NCBI GenBank assembly: GCA_965224465.1
Contig: OZ245049.1
Span: forward strand, 1,170,001-1,202,000
DNA length: 32,000 nucleotides
Source: Flavobacteriaceae bacterium
GTDB lineage: Bacteria; Bacteroidota; Bacteroidia; Flavobacteriales; Flavobacteriaceae
Direction: 5' to 3'
Shown: one piece after another, positions 1 to 9,365 of the stretch
How positions within the stretch are numbered: the first letter of the stretch is position 1
How the letters are laid out: each line of letters opens with the position of its first letter
Position numbers and translations under genes: made by a program
Notes under the pieces: generated by a model
The model's input: the letters and a program-made list of their open reading frames with translations, nothing else
What the model was told of the DNA's origin: nothing
The model's database searches: none

Positions 1-578
1 ACATCTCCAATTTTCTTGTAAATTTCCTCTCCCGTAATTTGCTCTAGCAAAGTTCCTTTATCCTTTGAATTGGCAGATAAAAAAGAAGCAAATTCCCCTT
101 GCGCCAACATTACTGAACGTAAAAACTGGTTGTAATCTAACTGAGTTACACGTACAACAGCCTCTTGTACCTCCCGTTTTTTCTCTGCAATTATCAAGCC
201 CTCAGAAATATTTTTAAGACGTACTTCTTCTTGTGGCTTATTTAACACTTTTCCGTGCTTAGAAATCAGTCGCATATACCAACTAGCCTCATACGTAATT
301 CCTCTATTCTTAAATAAAACCCGCGCCATAGCGTCACGTGCACCAAAACTAATTACATCCTTGAGTCCTGCCTTGATATTGGATTGTTTGAAACGCGGCA
401 CTTGATGATACAAAGCTATTGTAATTGCATCCAAAATAGTGGTCTTACCTGCACCCGTAGGTCCGGTAATCGCATACAATCCAACATTTTCGAAATGAGG
501 TCCTTCTAGATCAATACAAATAACCGTATCAGATTTAAGAGAATATAAATTCTGTAGTTCAATTTTTAAAATTTTCAT
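1..578 (-). CDS. sbcC: SbcC/Rad50-family nuclease ATPase subunit, N-terminal part (gene runs off window start)
   Basis: Own translation of the minus strand from ATG at 578-576: MKILKIELQNLYSLKSDTVICIDLEGPHFENVGLYAITGPTGAGKTTILDAI..., with Walker A GPTGAGKT. The frame stays open to position 1. It starts 15 nt after the sbcD stop (sbcDC operon layout). It is absent from the ORF track because it is truncated by the window edge. Confidence 0.85.
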   Translation of the reverse strand, partial: MKILKIELQNLYSLKSDTVICIDLEGPHFENVGLYAITGPTGAGKTTILDAITIALYHQVPRFKQSNIKAGLKDVISFGARDAMARVLFKNRGITYEASWYMRLISKHGKVLNKPQEEVRLKNISEGLIIAEKKREVQEAVVRVTQLDYNQFLRSVMLAQGEFASFLSANSKDKGTLLEQITGEEIYKKIGD

Positions 579-592
579 AGTCCGCTACGTTA

Positions 593-1801
593 TTAATTAT
601 CTAAAGCTATTTGTAAGGCTTCATTAAAAGCATCTAAAACTGTTTTGTTTTTCTCCAAATCAAACTCCATTTCCTCACATTTCATTTTAAAAACATGTAA
701 GGGAGATAATTCTTTTACATGCCTAGTATTGGCTGTCAATTCTTCCAAGCCAACAATAGAACGCTGCGTATTCAAACTCACTTTTAGCACTTCTAAATCA
801 AGCGTGTCTGCTATTTTATTAATAGCCCCAGCACCCAAGGCACTATGCAACTCATCTTCTAAAACTACTTCTACCCATGGAGTTAAATGATATTGATTTG
901 ATGCCACAGCCTGTAATTTTTCTTCACAAAGTTCTAAATTCCCTTTCACACGAATCACCTCTCTAAATCTAGGGATCTCTCTATCTATAACCGCATCAAT
1001 CTTGTTGTTCTTTGTTTCTAAAATCAGTACTTTTTTTACTTGATTAATTTCGCTAAAACTAAGAATCACTGGAGAACCAGCATAGCGTACCTTTGGATTC
1101 CCACCAACTATCTGCGGCCTATGTAAATGTCCTAATGCAATATAATCAAAACAACTAGGAAAATCTTCTGCTCCAATATGTCCTAAATTACCAACATAAA
1201 TATTTTGTTCACTATCCGATACCGTTCCGCCAACAGCAAACAAATGCCCCATTGCAATCATAGGATATTGGGCTGAATTTATTGCTATGGATTTCTCCGC
1301 AACTTCTGAATAATGCTGTATTAAAGCAGTCTTGTAACGTTCGGTAATATCATCAAATTGCTCGCCCGCAACAGCTTTCCTTATATCCTGATCTCTTAGA
1401 TATGGGACTGCAGCTACCACAATAGATTCCGTTCCTACAGTCAATTTAAACACCTCATCCGCAAGATCCTCCGTCGCTTTCCCTACTACTTTTACTGCCA
1501 ATGTTTCTAACAATTCTTTTGGAGCATTTAAGGTGCCTGGAGAATCATGATTCCCTCCAGTTACAATCACATGCTTGCAATCACTAGCATGCAGCTGCAC
1601 TAAAAAATCATAATACATTTTCAAACTTAAGGTAGAAGGTGTTCCTGTATCAAAAATATCTCCTGAAATTAATAACACATCTACTTGTTCTGAACTAATG
1701 GTATCCAACAACCATTTTAAAAACAGTTCCTGTTCCTGAGTTTGAACCTGATCGTGTAATCTATGGCCTAAATGCCAATCAGAAGTATGTAGTATTTTCA
1801 T
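593..1801 (-). CDS. sbcD: SbcD/Mre11-family exonuclease subunit
   Basis: 402-aa ORF with calcineurin-like phosphoesterase motifs: DWHLG near the N-terminus, GDIFD, GNHD, GHLH. It lies immediately upstream of sbcC on the same strand. Confidence 0.9.
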   Translation of the reverse strand: MKILHTSDWHLGHRLHDQVQTQEQELFLKWLLDTISSEQVDVLLISGDIFDTGTPSTLSLKMYYDFLVQLHASDCKHVIVTGGNHDSPGTLNAPKELLETLAVKVVGKATEDLADEVFKLTVGTESIVVAAVPYLRDQDIRKAVAGEQFDDITERYKTALIQHYSEVAEKSIAINSAQYPMIAMGHLFAVGGTVSDSEQNIYVGNLGHIGAEDFPSCFDYIALGHLHRPQIVGGNPKVRYAGSPVILSFSEINQVKKVLILETKNNKIDAVIDREIPRFREVIRVKGNLELCEEKLQAVASNQYHLTPWVEVVLEDELHSALGAGAINKIADTLDLEVLKVSLNTQRSIVGLEELTANTRHVKELSPLHVFKMKCEEMEFDLEKNKTVLDAFNEALQIALDN

Positions 1802-2010
1802 CTATTTAAACAATTATATTAAAGCGGTCAGAAAGCACATAGCAAGAAGAAATCAATTCGTACATATGTTCCTAATTATGTATCGTTTTTTAATCCTAAA
1901 AAAACCAACCATTTATTCATACAAAAGTAACAAAGCTTTCACTGAATAAAAATAACAATTAACTTTTTATTTAAGCATTCAAAAACAAATTTAATCCTTG
2001 TGGAGGAATT

Positions 2011-2178
2011 ACACCAATTAAATTTCGATTAACAGTTTAGAAATGGAATTATTTTTTGTTTGTTCTCCGACTGAGCGTATAGCTAAGTGAAAAATATAAG
2101 GATAGCAATCGTTCTATTTTTCAACAAGACTAGAACGTAAAACAAGCTATTTATATCGTGCATTTTGGGTTGTAATTG
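2011..2178. repeat. Dispersed repeat family B, copy 1 (with an internal insertion)
   Basis: Shares ...cagtttagaaatg(g)aattattttttg..ttctccga... and ...atcgttct(a/g)tt..aaca(a/c)g.(c/t)ag(a/c)acgtaaaaca..ctatttatatc..cattttgg.ttg with 3861-4006 and 5631-5780. It contains a hairpin (cgttctat / tagaacg). Confidence 0.7.
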
Positions 2179-2308
2179 CTATTAAACCCGCTAGAATCGA
2201 ATTCGAAATAGATAATAGTCTTTACAAATCCCACGCGTCCCATTGGGTTGAGCGCATTGATTTAATATAAAACAATCTTCATCACTTTTATTCTTTTAGC
2301 TAAAAAAA

Positions 2309-2339
2309 GTCGAGTACTCTAAACAATAGAATACTCGAC
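2309..2339 (-). terminator. Rho-independent-type hairpin downstream of the alkaline phosphatase gene
   Basis: GTCGAGTA-15 nt loop-TACTCGAC, an 8-bp perfect stem. It is flanked by an A-run (2301-2308) and a T-run (2340-2344), so it could terminate in both directions. It lies 24 nt past the stop at 2363. Confidence 0.5.
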
Positions 2340-2362
2340 TTTTTAAAATTTTTGTTGGAGTT

Positions 2363-3487
2363 TTATTTATTCCAAGATGTAATTTCCATTATTTTATGAA
2401 AAATTTCTGTGTTTTCGTAAATCCCAGAAAATGATTCAGAACCTGGCCCATACGCAAATACGGGAACTAGTGTCGCTGAATGACCATTCGTAGAAAACGT
2501 CATATTAATTTCATTATAATCACTGTATCCCTTTCCTTCTTTCGTTTCTTTCCTAGCTGATCCAAGAGTAAAACCTCCCGTTTCATGATCTGCAGTAACA
2601 ATAACCAACGTATTCCCATCTTTTTCAGCAAAATCCAAGGCAACGCCAACAGCATCATCAAAGTCAATTAATTCCGAAACTAAATAAGGAGCATCATTAC
2701 TGTGACCGCCCCAATCAATTTGTGATCCTTCCACCATCAAAAAGAAATTAGGATGCTCTTTATCTTTACTTAAAAATTTCAATCCCAAATCTGTCGCTCT
2801 TGATAAATAATCACCACGACCATCTTTTACAGATTTCATATGATTATCTGCCAATAAATAACCTACTTTAGACTGAGATTTTATAGTAGAAAAATCTCCT
2901 AGAGCTACCGTATCAATAGAGAACCCTTTTTCTTCAAAACTCATTAAAAGATTTTGATGATCTTCCCTTTTATTAAAATGTTTAATTCCACCAGCAGCAA
3001 AGAAATCTACACCAGAATTGGGTAAATAGGAAGCAATTTCTTGTGAAAAACTACGATTCAAACTGTGCGCAAAAAAACTAGCAGGTGTTGCATGCGTAAT
3101 AGAACACGTTGCAATTAGACCTGTTTTAATATGTTTCGGAGATACAATTTCAACAATTGTTTTAACCGCAGTGGAGTCATCCGACATCCCTATTGCTCCA
3201 TTATATGTTTTCACACCACAAGAAAAAGCTGTTGCTCCTGCTGCAGAATCCGTTATTAATTGCTGAGAAGAAGAGGTTTTAATTAGTCCGACAGTTTTAA
3301 AACGTGCATAATTAGGTGTCGAATCTTTATAAAAAAAGGCAGCTGATACTTGAGACAATCCCGTTCCATCCGCAATTAATAGAATTACATTGGTCGGTGC
3401 TTTTTTTACATGCCCTTCAACTTGTACATTTTTACAAGAAAACACACTTAAAACAAGTGCTATTAACAAAATCTTATCGAGTTTCAT
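2363..3487 (-). CDS. Alkaline phosphatase (PhoA family), secreted or lipoprotein
   Basis: 374-aa ORF. N-terminal signal with LSVFSC lipobox-like cysteine, DGTG metal-binding motif, TDSAAGATA (active-site Ser context D-S-A-A), and C-terminal DHETGG and GHS motifs. Confidence 0.85.
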   Translation of the reverse strand: MKLDKILLIALVLSVFSCKNVQVEGHVKKAPTNVILLIADGTGLSQVSAAFFYKDSTPNYARFKTVGLIKTSSSQQLITDSAAGATAFSCGVKTYNGAIGMSDDSTAVKTIVEIVSPKHIKTGLIATCSITHATPASFFAHSLNRSFSQEIASYLPNSGVDFFAAGGIKHFNKREDHQNLLMSFEEKGFSIDTVALGDFSTIKSQSKVGYLLADNHMKSVKDGRGDYLSRATDLGLKFLSKDKEHPNFFLMVEGSQIDWGGHSNDAPYLVSELIDFDDAVGVALDFAEKDGNTLVIVTADHETGGFTLGSARKETKEGKGYSDYNEINMTFSTNGHSATLVPVFAYGPGSESFSGIYENTEIFHKIMEITSWNK

Positions 3488-3673
3488 ACGATGTATATTT
3501 AAAATAATTATATAAAATTTAAAGGCACAAGTTATAAATTTTAAAATATATAAAGTTTCTTTTCCTTGAATTTATTACGATAAATATAAGAGGTAGCATG
3601 CTCGGTTCCTACAAAAAATTATTTCAAAATTTCGAAAAAGAATAGTGTAATATTAGGAACACGGAAATAGTAA

Positions 3674-3739
3674 TACCAAATACATTTCCATTGACGGTTT
3701 AGAAATGAAATTATTTTTTGTTTGTTCTCCGACTGGGTG
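3674..3739. repeat. Repeat family B, partial copy (5' half only)
   Basis: taccaaatacatttccattgacggtttagaaatgaaattattttttgtttgttctccgactgggtg matches the first half of the 3861 and 5631 copies. Confidence 0.6.
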
Positions 3740-3860
3740 TTTATATTAACCCAAAAGTATACCACTATTTCAGTCGAAAAGTATACCAGTAAATTTCTAC
3801 AAAAAACACACGTAGAAGTTGTTTTTAATGATTCCTGTTTTTTTTGTAGTTTTACTATCT

Positions 3861-4006
3861 TACACCAAACACATTTCCATTGACAATTTAGAAATGAATT
3901 ATTTTTTTTTGTTCTCCGAATGGGTGGATAGCCTTAACTATCGTTCTGTTATTTAACAACGACAGCACGTAAAACAATCTATTTATATCTGTCATTTTGG
4001 ATTGTT
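3861..4006. repeat. Repeat family B, full copy
   Basis: Near-identical to 5631-5780 (tacaccaaacacatttccattgaca.tttagaaatgaatta...ttctccgaatgggtggatagccttaactatcgttctgttatttaacaacg...cacgtaaaacaatctatttatatc..tcattttggattgt). Confidence 0.8.
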
Positions 4007-4346
4007 GGTATAATACGCACTAAGAGATACCCTTTCATAAATCAGGAAACTTTAAAGAAAAAAAAGTTGAATTTGATCTTTTTAAGTGACACTAATTCAA
4101 CTGTTTTAATTTTTTATTTCAAAACTAAGTGGCACACGTTGACCGTGATCAGTGGCGCAAATAGAACTGTGGTAATCTTTAATAATATACGAACTTCATT
4201 TTTTTGAACCACCGTATAGGTTCCTGAGAATTAGAAACAACCGAGCTTAGTATTCGTAAGACCTACCTATCACTAACTTGATTCGGAAAGTATGCGAAGC
4301 AGCTACCAGCTAAGTTAGAGCCGTCTCCTAGATTAGGAAACGTTTT

Positions 4347-4730
4347 TTAAAAACATATATATAAAACTCTATTAAATTTATTATCATAAAAATAATATTG
4401 TGCTGTGCAATAATCTCTTTCATCATTATCTATTATTTCATGGCAAGAAGAATTAAAGTAATATTCTACTATAAAACCTTTATTTATTTCTTTAGTATTA
4501 TTAGGCTTTCCAAAATTTTTATAAAACTTTCGGGATGTTTTTCCGTATAGATTGTTTTTAATTATAATATATTCAGATAGTTGCTTGTTTCGTATATTTA
4601 AACAACCTAGACTGTCTTTTTTCCATTCATTAGTCTTATTATTAAAGTTATTTACTTTTTTATAATTCGAACACGAAAGAGAAATTAGTACAATAATAAA
4701 TGATAATATGCTATTTTTTAATGTCCCCAT
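4347..4730 (-). CDS. Small lipoprotein, possible immunity partner of the upstream toxin-like ORF
   Basis: The track ORF is 4347..4787. The internal ATG at 4730 gives MGTLKNSILSFIIVLISLSCSN..., a signal peptide with a lipobox Cys. It overlaps the stop of the metallopeptidase ORF (4711) by 20 nt. No recognisable domain. Confidence 0.55.
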   Translation of the reverse strand: MGTLKNSILSFIIVLISLSCSNYKKVNNFNNKTNEWKKDSLGCLNIRNKQLSEYIIIKNNLYGKTSRKFYKNFGKPNNTKEINKGFIVEYYFNSSCHEIIDNDERDYCTAQYYFYDNKFNRVLYICF

Positions 4731-5421
4731 CTTTGTCAAAAATAATATTTGAAACGTTGTTTGTTTGTCCTCTGCCTTTTTCATCAAAGTCTATTTTATT
4801 TAAAATGTCTTCAATGTTTTTTGTTGTAACTCTTCTCTTTCGAGGGTTTACTGTACCTCCTTTATCACCTGCTTTAACTTTTGGGTCGTATTGATATATT
4901 GCATCAACAAGTGTACCTCTTGCACACATAATATCGGGAACTCCCTTACCTCGTTGGTCAAATTCACTATGTTCCAACCCATATCCGTGTCCTAATTCAT
5001 GAGGAGCAGTTGTAGATTCTCCTAAATCATCTTTTGTACTGAAAAAACCTGAATTTTCTTCAAGACTGTAAAAACTCCTCAAAGGACTATTTTCTATTCT
5101 TACAAAATGTAAATCTGGATGCATGTTTTCTTTTGATATTTCTACTGCTTTATTTTCTGTTGTAATAGAATATTCAATATCAAATGTAACAGAATATTCA
5201 TCTTTTTTGAATTTAATCTTATTGGGCTTGTTATACTGTTTTTTTATTTCAGCCACAATCTTTTTTGATATATCATCAGTAGCAGTATTTCCATAGAAAA
5301 TAAAATTTGTAGCTATTTTTATAGTTTTCTTTTCAAAATCTATGAAAACATTAGAACTTTTTGGTGTTAAAAATATTGTTCGACTGTTCCCATCTTCAAA
5401 CCTAATAGTAAATCCTGTTTT
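4711..5421 (-). pseudogene. 5'-truncated zinc-metallopeptidase domain ORF (orphan toxin-like C-terminal fragment)
   Basis: The minus-strand frame is open from 5421 (an in-frame TAA sits at 5422-5424) to the stop at 4711. The first 55 codons (KTGFTIRFEDGNSRTIFLTPKSSNVFIDFEKKTIKIATNFIFYGNTATDDISKKI) have no ATG, GTG or TTG. The track start at 5256 is a GTG. It contains HELGHGYGLEH, i.e. the HExxHxxGxxH metzincin-type motif. Confidence 0.6.
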
Positions 5422-5630
5422 TTATATTTCAAGTAACTTTTCAGATAATGTTTACTAACGTTTGGTGTGGGGTTTTGTTGCGTATAATTAACAGTGAATT
5501 TCACAAGCACAAAACAAACTAGAAAATCCGACAGAATTATCCAAGTAGGCGATTAGCTGTAATAAATTTCACATCGTATTACACTAAATACCTCCTGTGT
5601 AGCTTAGGTTGTGTAACATTAACTTCTCTG

Positions 5631-5780
5631 TTACACCAAACACATTTCCATTGACAGTTTAGAAATGAATTATTTTTTTTTATTCTCCGAATGGGTGGAT
5701 AGCCTTAACTATCGTTCTGTTATTTAACAACGCTAGCACGTAAAACAATCTATTTATATCGCTCATTTTGGATTGTAATT
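5631..5780. repeat. Repeat family B, full copy
   Basis: See 3861-4006. It is preceded by an 8-bp-stem hairpin GTGTAACA-10 nt-TGTTACAC (about 5611-5636). Confidence 0.8.
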
Positions 5781-6029
5781 GGTTTTACACCTAAATAACA
5801 CTAGATTTGAGCACGCAAAATATACGTTTAATCCACCCAAGGGTCAAGCATTCCTGTAATCCGTAGATTGAAATGGATTAAAAGGCTTGAGCTGTGTACG
5901 GGAAACCTAATTTATACGGAGCAAAGACGAAGTGCACCGTTCTTAGTAAGTTTACGCCACCTAGTGAACCAATTGACACTGTACATTCTTTAAAAAAAAT
6001 AGAGACCAATTCCTTGGCATTTTTATCCT

Positions 6030-8519
6030 ATGGCATTCGATTATAAACAATTTGATTTACCGATAACGGAAGTCATATCAGAAATACAAGAACAGTTAAC
6101 AAACAATAATACACTTATTCTAAATGCACCTCCGGGGGCTGGAAAAAGTACTTTATTACCATTGGCTTTATTTGAAGAGACGTGGTTAAAAGGTCAAAAA
6201 ATAATATTGTTAGAACCTAGACGATTGGCAGCAAAAACAATTGCACATCGCTTGGCTTCTTTGTTAGGAGAAGACGTTGGAAAGACCGTCGGGTATCGCA
6301 TTCGATTTGAATCAAGAGTGAGTGCAGCTACACGCATTGAAATTCTTACAGAAGGTATTTTAACTCGCATGTTACAATCCGATAACGAATTGGAAGGCAT
6401 AGGAATGGTTATTTTTGATGAATATCACGAAAGAAGTATTCATACCGATGTTGCCTTGGCATTGTCTAGAGAGACCCAAGGTATTTTACGACCCGATTTA
6501 AGAATCCTAATTATGTCGGCAACCTTAAATATGCCAGAACTCGTTGATTTATTAGCCGCACCAGTAGTGCAAAGTCAAGGACGACAGTATCCGATAGACA
6601 TCATTTATACGGCATTGAACGACGAACGTATGATGGCAGAAATAACCGCTCAAACCGTACTCCTCGCTTTAAAAGAACAACAAGGAGATATCCTCGTATT
6701 TTTACCAGGACAAAGAGAGATTATTAAATGTGCTGAAATTGTACGAACACAAACCACTACTATTGAAGTTCATGAATTGTATGGGAAATTACCGCAATCA
6801 AAACAACAAGCCGCCATACGCCCAAACAAAACAGGAAAAAGGAAAGTTGTAATCGCAACTGCCATTGCAGAAACAAGTTTAACCATTGAAGGCGTAACCG
6901 TTGTTGTAGATTCTGGCTTCGGAAGAACATCACAATTTGATGCTAAAACAGGACTTTCAGGTTTACGAACCATTCATATAGCCAAAGATTCTGCAGATCA
7001 ACGCGCTGGTAGAGCAGGCCGTTTAGGCCCCGGAACTTGTTATAGAATGTGGACAAAAGGACAACATTCCCAATTAAAAGCACACCGAGTTCCTGAAATT
7101 ATGGAAGCAGATTTAGCACCACTGGCATTAGATTTAGCAAAATGGGGCATTCATGATGTCAATGATCTCACCTGGTTATCGCCACCGCCAACGTTTGCCA
7201 TGCATCAAGCAACCGACTTATTAGAAAACTTAAATGCCCTAGAAAACGGGAAGATTACAGCACACGGTACCCGTATGCAAAAATTGCCTTGTCACCCCAG
7301 AATTGCCCATTTATTATTAATTGCACAGCAAGAAGGCATGAGTGCTTTGGCAACCGATATTGCAGCTATATTAGAAGAAAGAGACCCCTTGCCTAAAGAA
7401 GCAGGCGTTGATATTAATTTAAGAATAGAAGCCTTACGAAGATATAGATCACTTCATAATAAAGGGGGTCGTTTTTCTCGCATAGAAAAAATAGCCAGTC
7501 AGTATCGAAAAATGATCGGCATAAAAACATCAAACGAAGCGGTAGATGAATTTGAAACTGGATTGCTTTTGGTACACGCATATCCAGAACGCATTGCCTT
7601 TGCCAGACCCGGGAATAATGCACAATTTCAATTGGCAAATGGAAAATATGCCATGATGTCTCATACAGATGATTTATCATCAGAATCCTGGTTGGCAATA
7701 GCCCACATGAATGCAACGGAAGGGACAGGACGTATTTTTTTAGCATCTGTATTAGACCCCACGGATTTAAAGCCATTTCTAAAAGAGGTTGACACCAATA
7801 CTTGGAATACAAAAAGAGGCGGCGTAGTGGCTACAAGAGACACCCGAATTGGAAGTATTGTTTTAAAATCCATCCCTTTACCAAATCCTTCTCAGGACAA
7901 AATATCCATGGCTATTAGTAAAGCTTTGATAAAAGAAGGAGAGCATTTATTGAATTTTGATTCCAAGGTACAGCAGTGGCAATATAGAATTCATACCCTC
8001 AGAAAGCTGCATCCTACATCAAATTGGCCAAACGTGAGCACCCCCCACTTATTACAAACAAATGCAGAATGGCTGTTGCCTTATTTATCGGGAATTAAAA
8101 AACCAGAGGCTTTAAAGAAAATCAATTTAGTGGAAGTTTTAAAGCATAGTTTGGATTATGAGCAGCAAAAAGAACTCAAGAAATTAGCACCCGAACACCT
8201 AGAAGTCCCCAGTGGTTCCAGCATACGATTAGAATATCAAAAGAATGGCTCCGCACCTGTATTACCAGTTCGAATTCAAGAAGTTTTTGGATTATCGGAT
8301 ACGCCAACTATTAACAATGGACAGACGGCAGTTTTAATGCATTTGCTTTCGCCAGGTTATAAGCCAGCACAAATTACAAGTGATTTACGTAGTTTTTGGT
8401 CTTCCACATACTTTGAGGTTCGAAAGGAATTAAGAGTCCGCTATAAAAGACATGCATGGCCAGAAGACCCTTCAAACGAACCCGCAATTAGAGGTACAAA
8501 AAGACAAAATAACAGATAG
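6030..8519 (+). CDS. hrpB: ATP-dependent RNA helicase HrpB (DEAH-box family)
   Basis: 829-aa ORF with GAGKST Walker A, FDEYHERS (DEAH-type motif II), SATL, QRAGRAGR motif VI, and a long C-terminal HrpB-type extension. Confidence 0.9.
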   Translation: MAFDYKQFDLPITEVISEIQEQLTNNNTLILNAPPGAGKSTLLPLALFEETWLKGQKIILLEPRRLAAKTIAHRLASLLGEDVGKTVGYRIRFESRVSAATRIEILTEGILTRMLQSDNELEGIGMVIFDEYHERSIHTDVALALSRETQGILRPDLRILIMSATLNMPELVDLLAAPVVQSQGRQYPIDIIYTALNDERMMAEITAQTVLLALKEQQGDILVFLPGQREIIKCAEIVRTQTTTIEVHELYGKLPQSKQQAAIRPNKTGKRKVVIATAIAETSLTIEGVTVVVDSGFGRTSQFDAKTGLSGLRTIHIAKDSADQRAGRAGRLGPGTCYRMWTKGQHSQLKAHRVPEIMEADLAPLALDLAKWGIHDVNDLTWLSPPPTFAMHQATDLLENLNALENGKITAHGTRMQKLPCHPRIAHLLLIAQQEGMSALATDIAAILEERDPLPKEAGVDINLRIEALRRYRSLHNKGGRFSRIEKIASQYRKMIGIKTSNEAVDEFETGLLLVHAYPERIAFARPGNNAQFQLANGKYAMMSHTDDLSSESWLAIAHMNATEGTGRIFLASVLDPTDLKPFLKEVDTNTWNTKRGGVVATRDTRIGSIVLKSIPLPNPSQDKISMAISKALIKEGEHLLNFDSKVQQWQYRIHTLRKLHPTSNWPNVSTPHLLQTNAEWLLPYLSGIKKPEALKKINLVEVLKHSLDYEQQKELKKLAPEHLEVPSGSSIRLEYQKNGSAPVLPVRIQEVFGLSDTPTINNGQTAVLMHLLSPGYKPAQITSDLRSFWSSTYFEVRKELRVRYKRHAWPEDPSNEPAIRGTKRQNNR

Positions 8520-8540
8520 CTTTTAATGGAAGATTGTTCC

Positions 8541-8889
8541 ATTTAACCGAATACTGTTTTTTTGAGTCATTCAAAATAAAACTGTTTTCACATACTATCC
8601 GGATAGCTGTAAAACTCAGAAGAAGCGGGCTGTTTTGGGCGTTCCCCAAGGGTCGGGCTATCCACTATATCTTTTTTTAAAAGAAAAAAAGGATGCCGCT
8701 GCTATCCCTAACGCAAATCAGGAATTAAATAGGAGGCTTTAGATATTAGTATTGAGATATTAGAAATAAGATAAAACCCAAGACGTAGCACTCAAACATA
8801 TGAATGTTCCAAATTTAAATAGGCTGATTATTTGGAAATCTAAGTCTTTGGAGATGGATGGTTAATCGTTGCGAGCAATAGCAATAAGC
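8541..8889 (-). repeat. Left part of a diverged type II intergenic repeat, interrupted by IS66
   Basis: atttaaccgaatactgttttt..gagtcattcaaaa...gggctgttttgggcg.tccccaagggtcgggctatcc...gctatccctaacgcaaat...tattgagat...catatgaatgt.ccaaatttaaatag parallels 24308-24640 of the type II repeat. It resumes after the IS at 10897. Confidence 0.7.
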
Positions 8890-8968
8890 GTAAGCGTACG
8901 GAGAACTACATCTTGTAAGAAGTTAAAAATAATCTAATTTTTGCATCTAAACAAAAACGAAAATATAA

Positions 8969-9322
8969 ATGTTAGGATTAGGTACAGAACACACGTATTA
9001 TTATCACTTATCTGCAGTTGATATGCGAAAAGGATTTAATGGATTAAGTGGATTAGTTAGTGAGCACATGGAACAAGAGCGAGATAGAAATAGTGTTTAT
9101 GCATTTATCAATAAGCAAAAAAATAAACTAAAACTTCTTCATTGGCGACCTGGAGGATTTGTACTGTATTATAAACGATTGGAACGAGGTATTTTTGAGC
9201 TTCCAAAATACGACATTGAAGATGGATTAGTAGTTTTGAGTTATACCCAAATGGTTATGGTTTTAGACGGAATTAGTATTATAAATACTCAGAAAAACGA
9301 ACGTTATTTAGAGGCTAAATAA
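8969..9322 (+). CDS. tnpB: IS66 family accessory protein TnpB (IS66 Orf2)
   Basis: 117 aa; VDMRKGFNGLSGLV ... LKLLHWRPGGFVLYYKRLERGIFELP is the characteristic IS66 Orf2 signature. Confidence 0.9.
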   Translation: MLGLGTEHTYYYHLSAVDMRKGFNGLSGLVSEHMEQERDRNSVYAFINKQKNKLKLLHWRPGGFVLYYKRLERGIFELPKYDIEDGLVVLSYTQMVMVLDGISIINTQKNERYLEAK

Positions 9323-9365
9323 TTCAATAAAACTGTAGGTTTTACCTGCTATTTAGTCTTGTTTT

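Noticed and set aside
645-890. Short ORFs antisense to or nested in confident genes (645..890, 3316..3507, 4700..4894, 6194..6400, 6770..6973, 7414..7873, 9456..9707, 10076..10318, 15056..15361, 16234..16422, 16586..17088, 22058..22366, 23497..23778, 24757..25077, 25543..25776, 27102..27326, 28428..29678 set, 30170..30482, 31303..31494, 31788..31973)
   Set aside because: Each overlaps a longer ORF on the other strand, or in another frame, that has recognisable motifs or better coding character. None shows a recognisable motif.
4181-4346. Possibly structured noncoding segment (GAACC-ACCGTATA-GGTTC hairpin; CTAACTT...AAGTTAG pairing) downstream of the small lipoprotein gene
   Set aside because: I could not match it to any RNA family (tRNA, tmRNA, group II intron domain V or a riboswitch) by inspection, and there is no second copy in the window. 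The evidence is insufficient to call a feature.
4731-4787. Upstream ATG (4787) as the start of the small lipoprotein ORF
   Set aside because: It would add 19 residues (MMKKAEDKQTTFQILFLTK) ahead of a clear signal peptide and would lie deep inside the metallopeptidase ORF. The ATG at 4730 gives a standard lipoprotein N-terminus.
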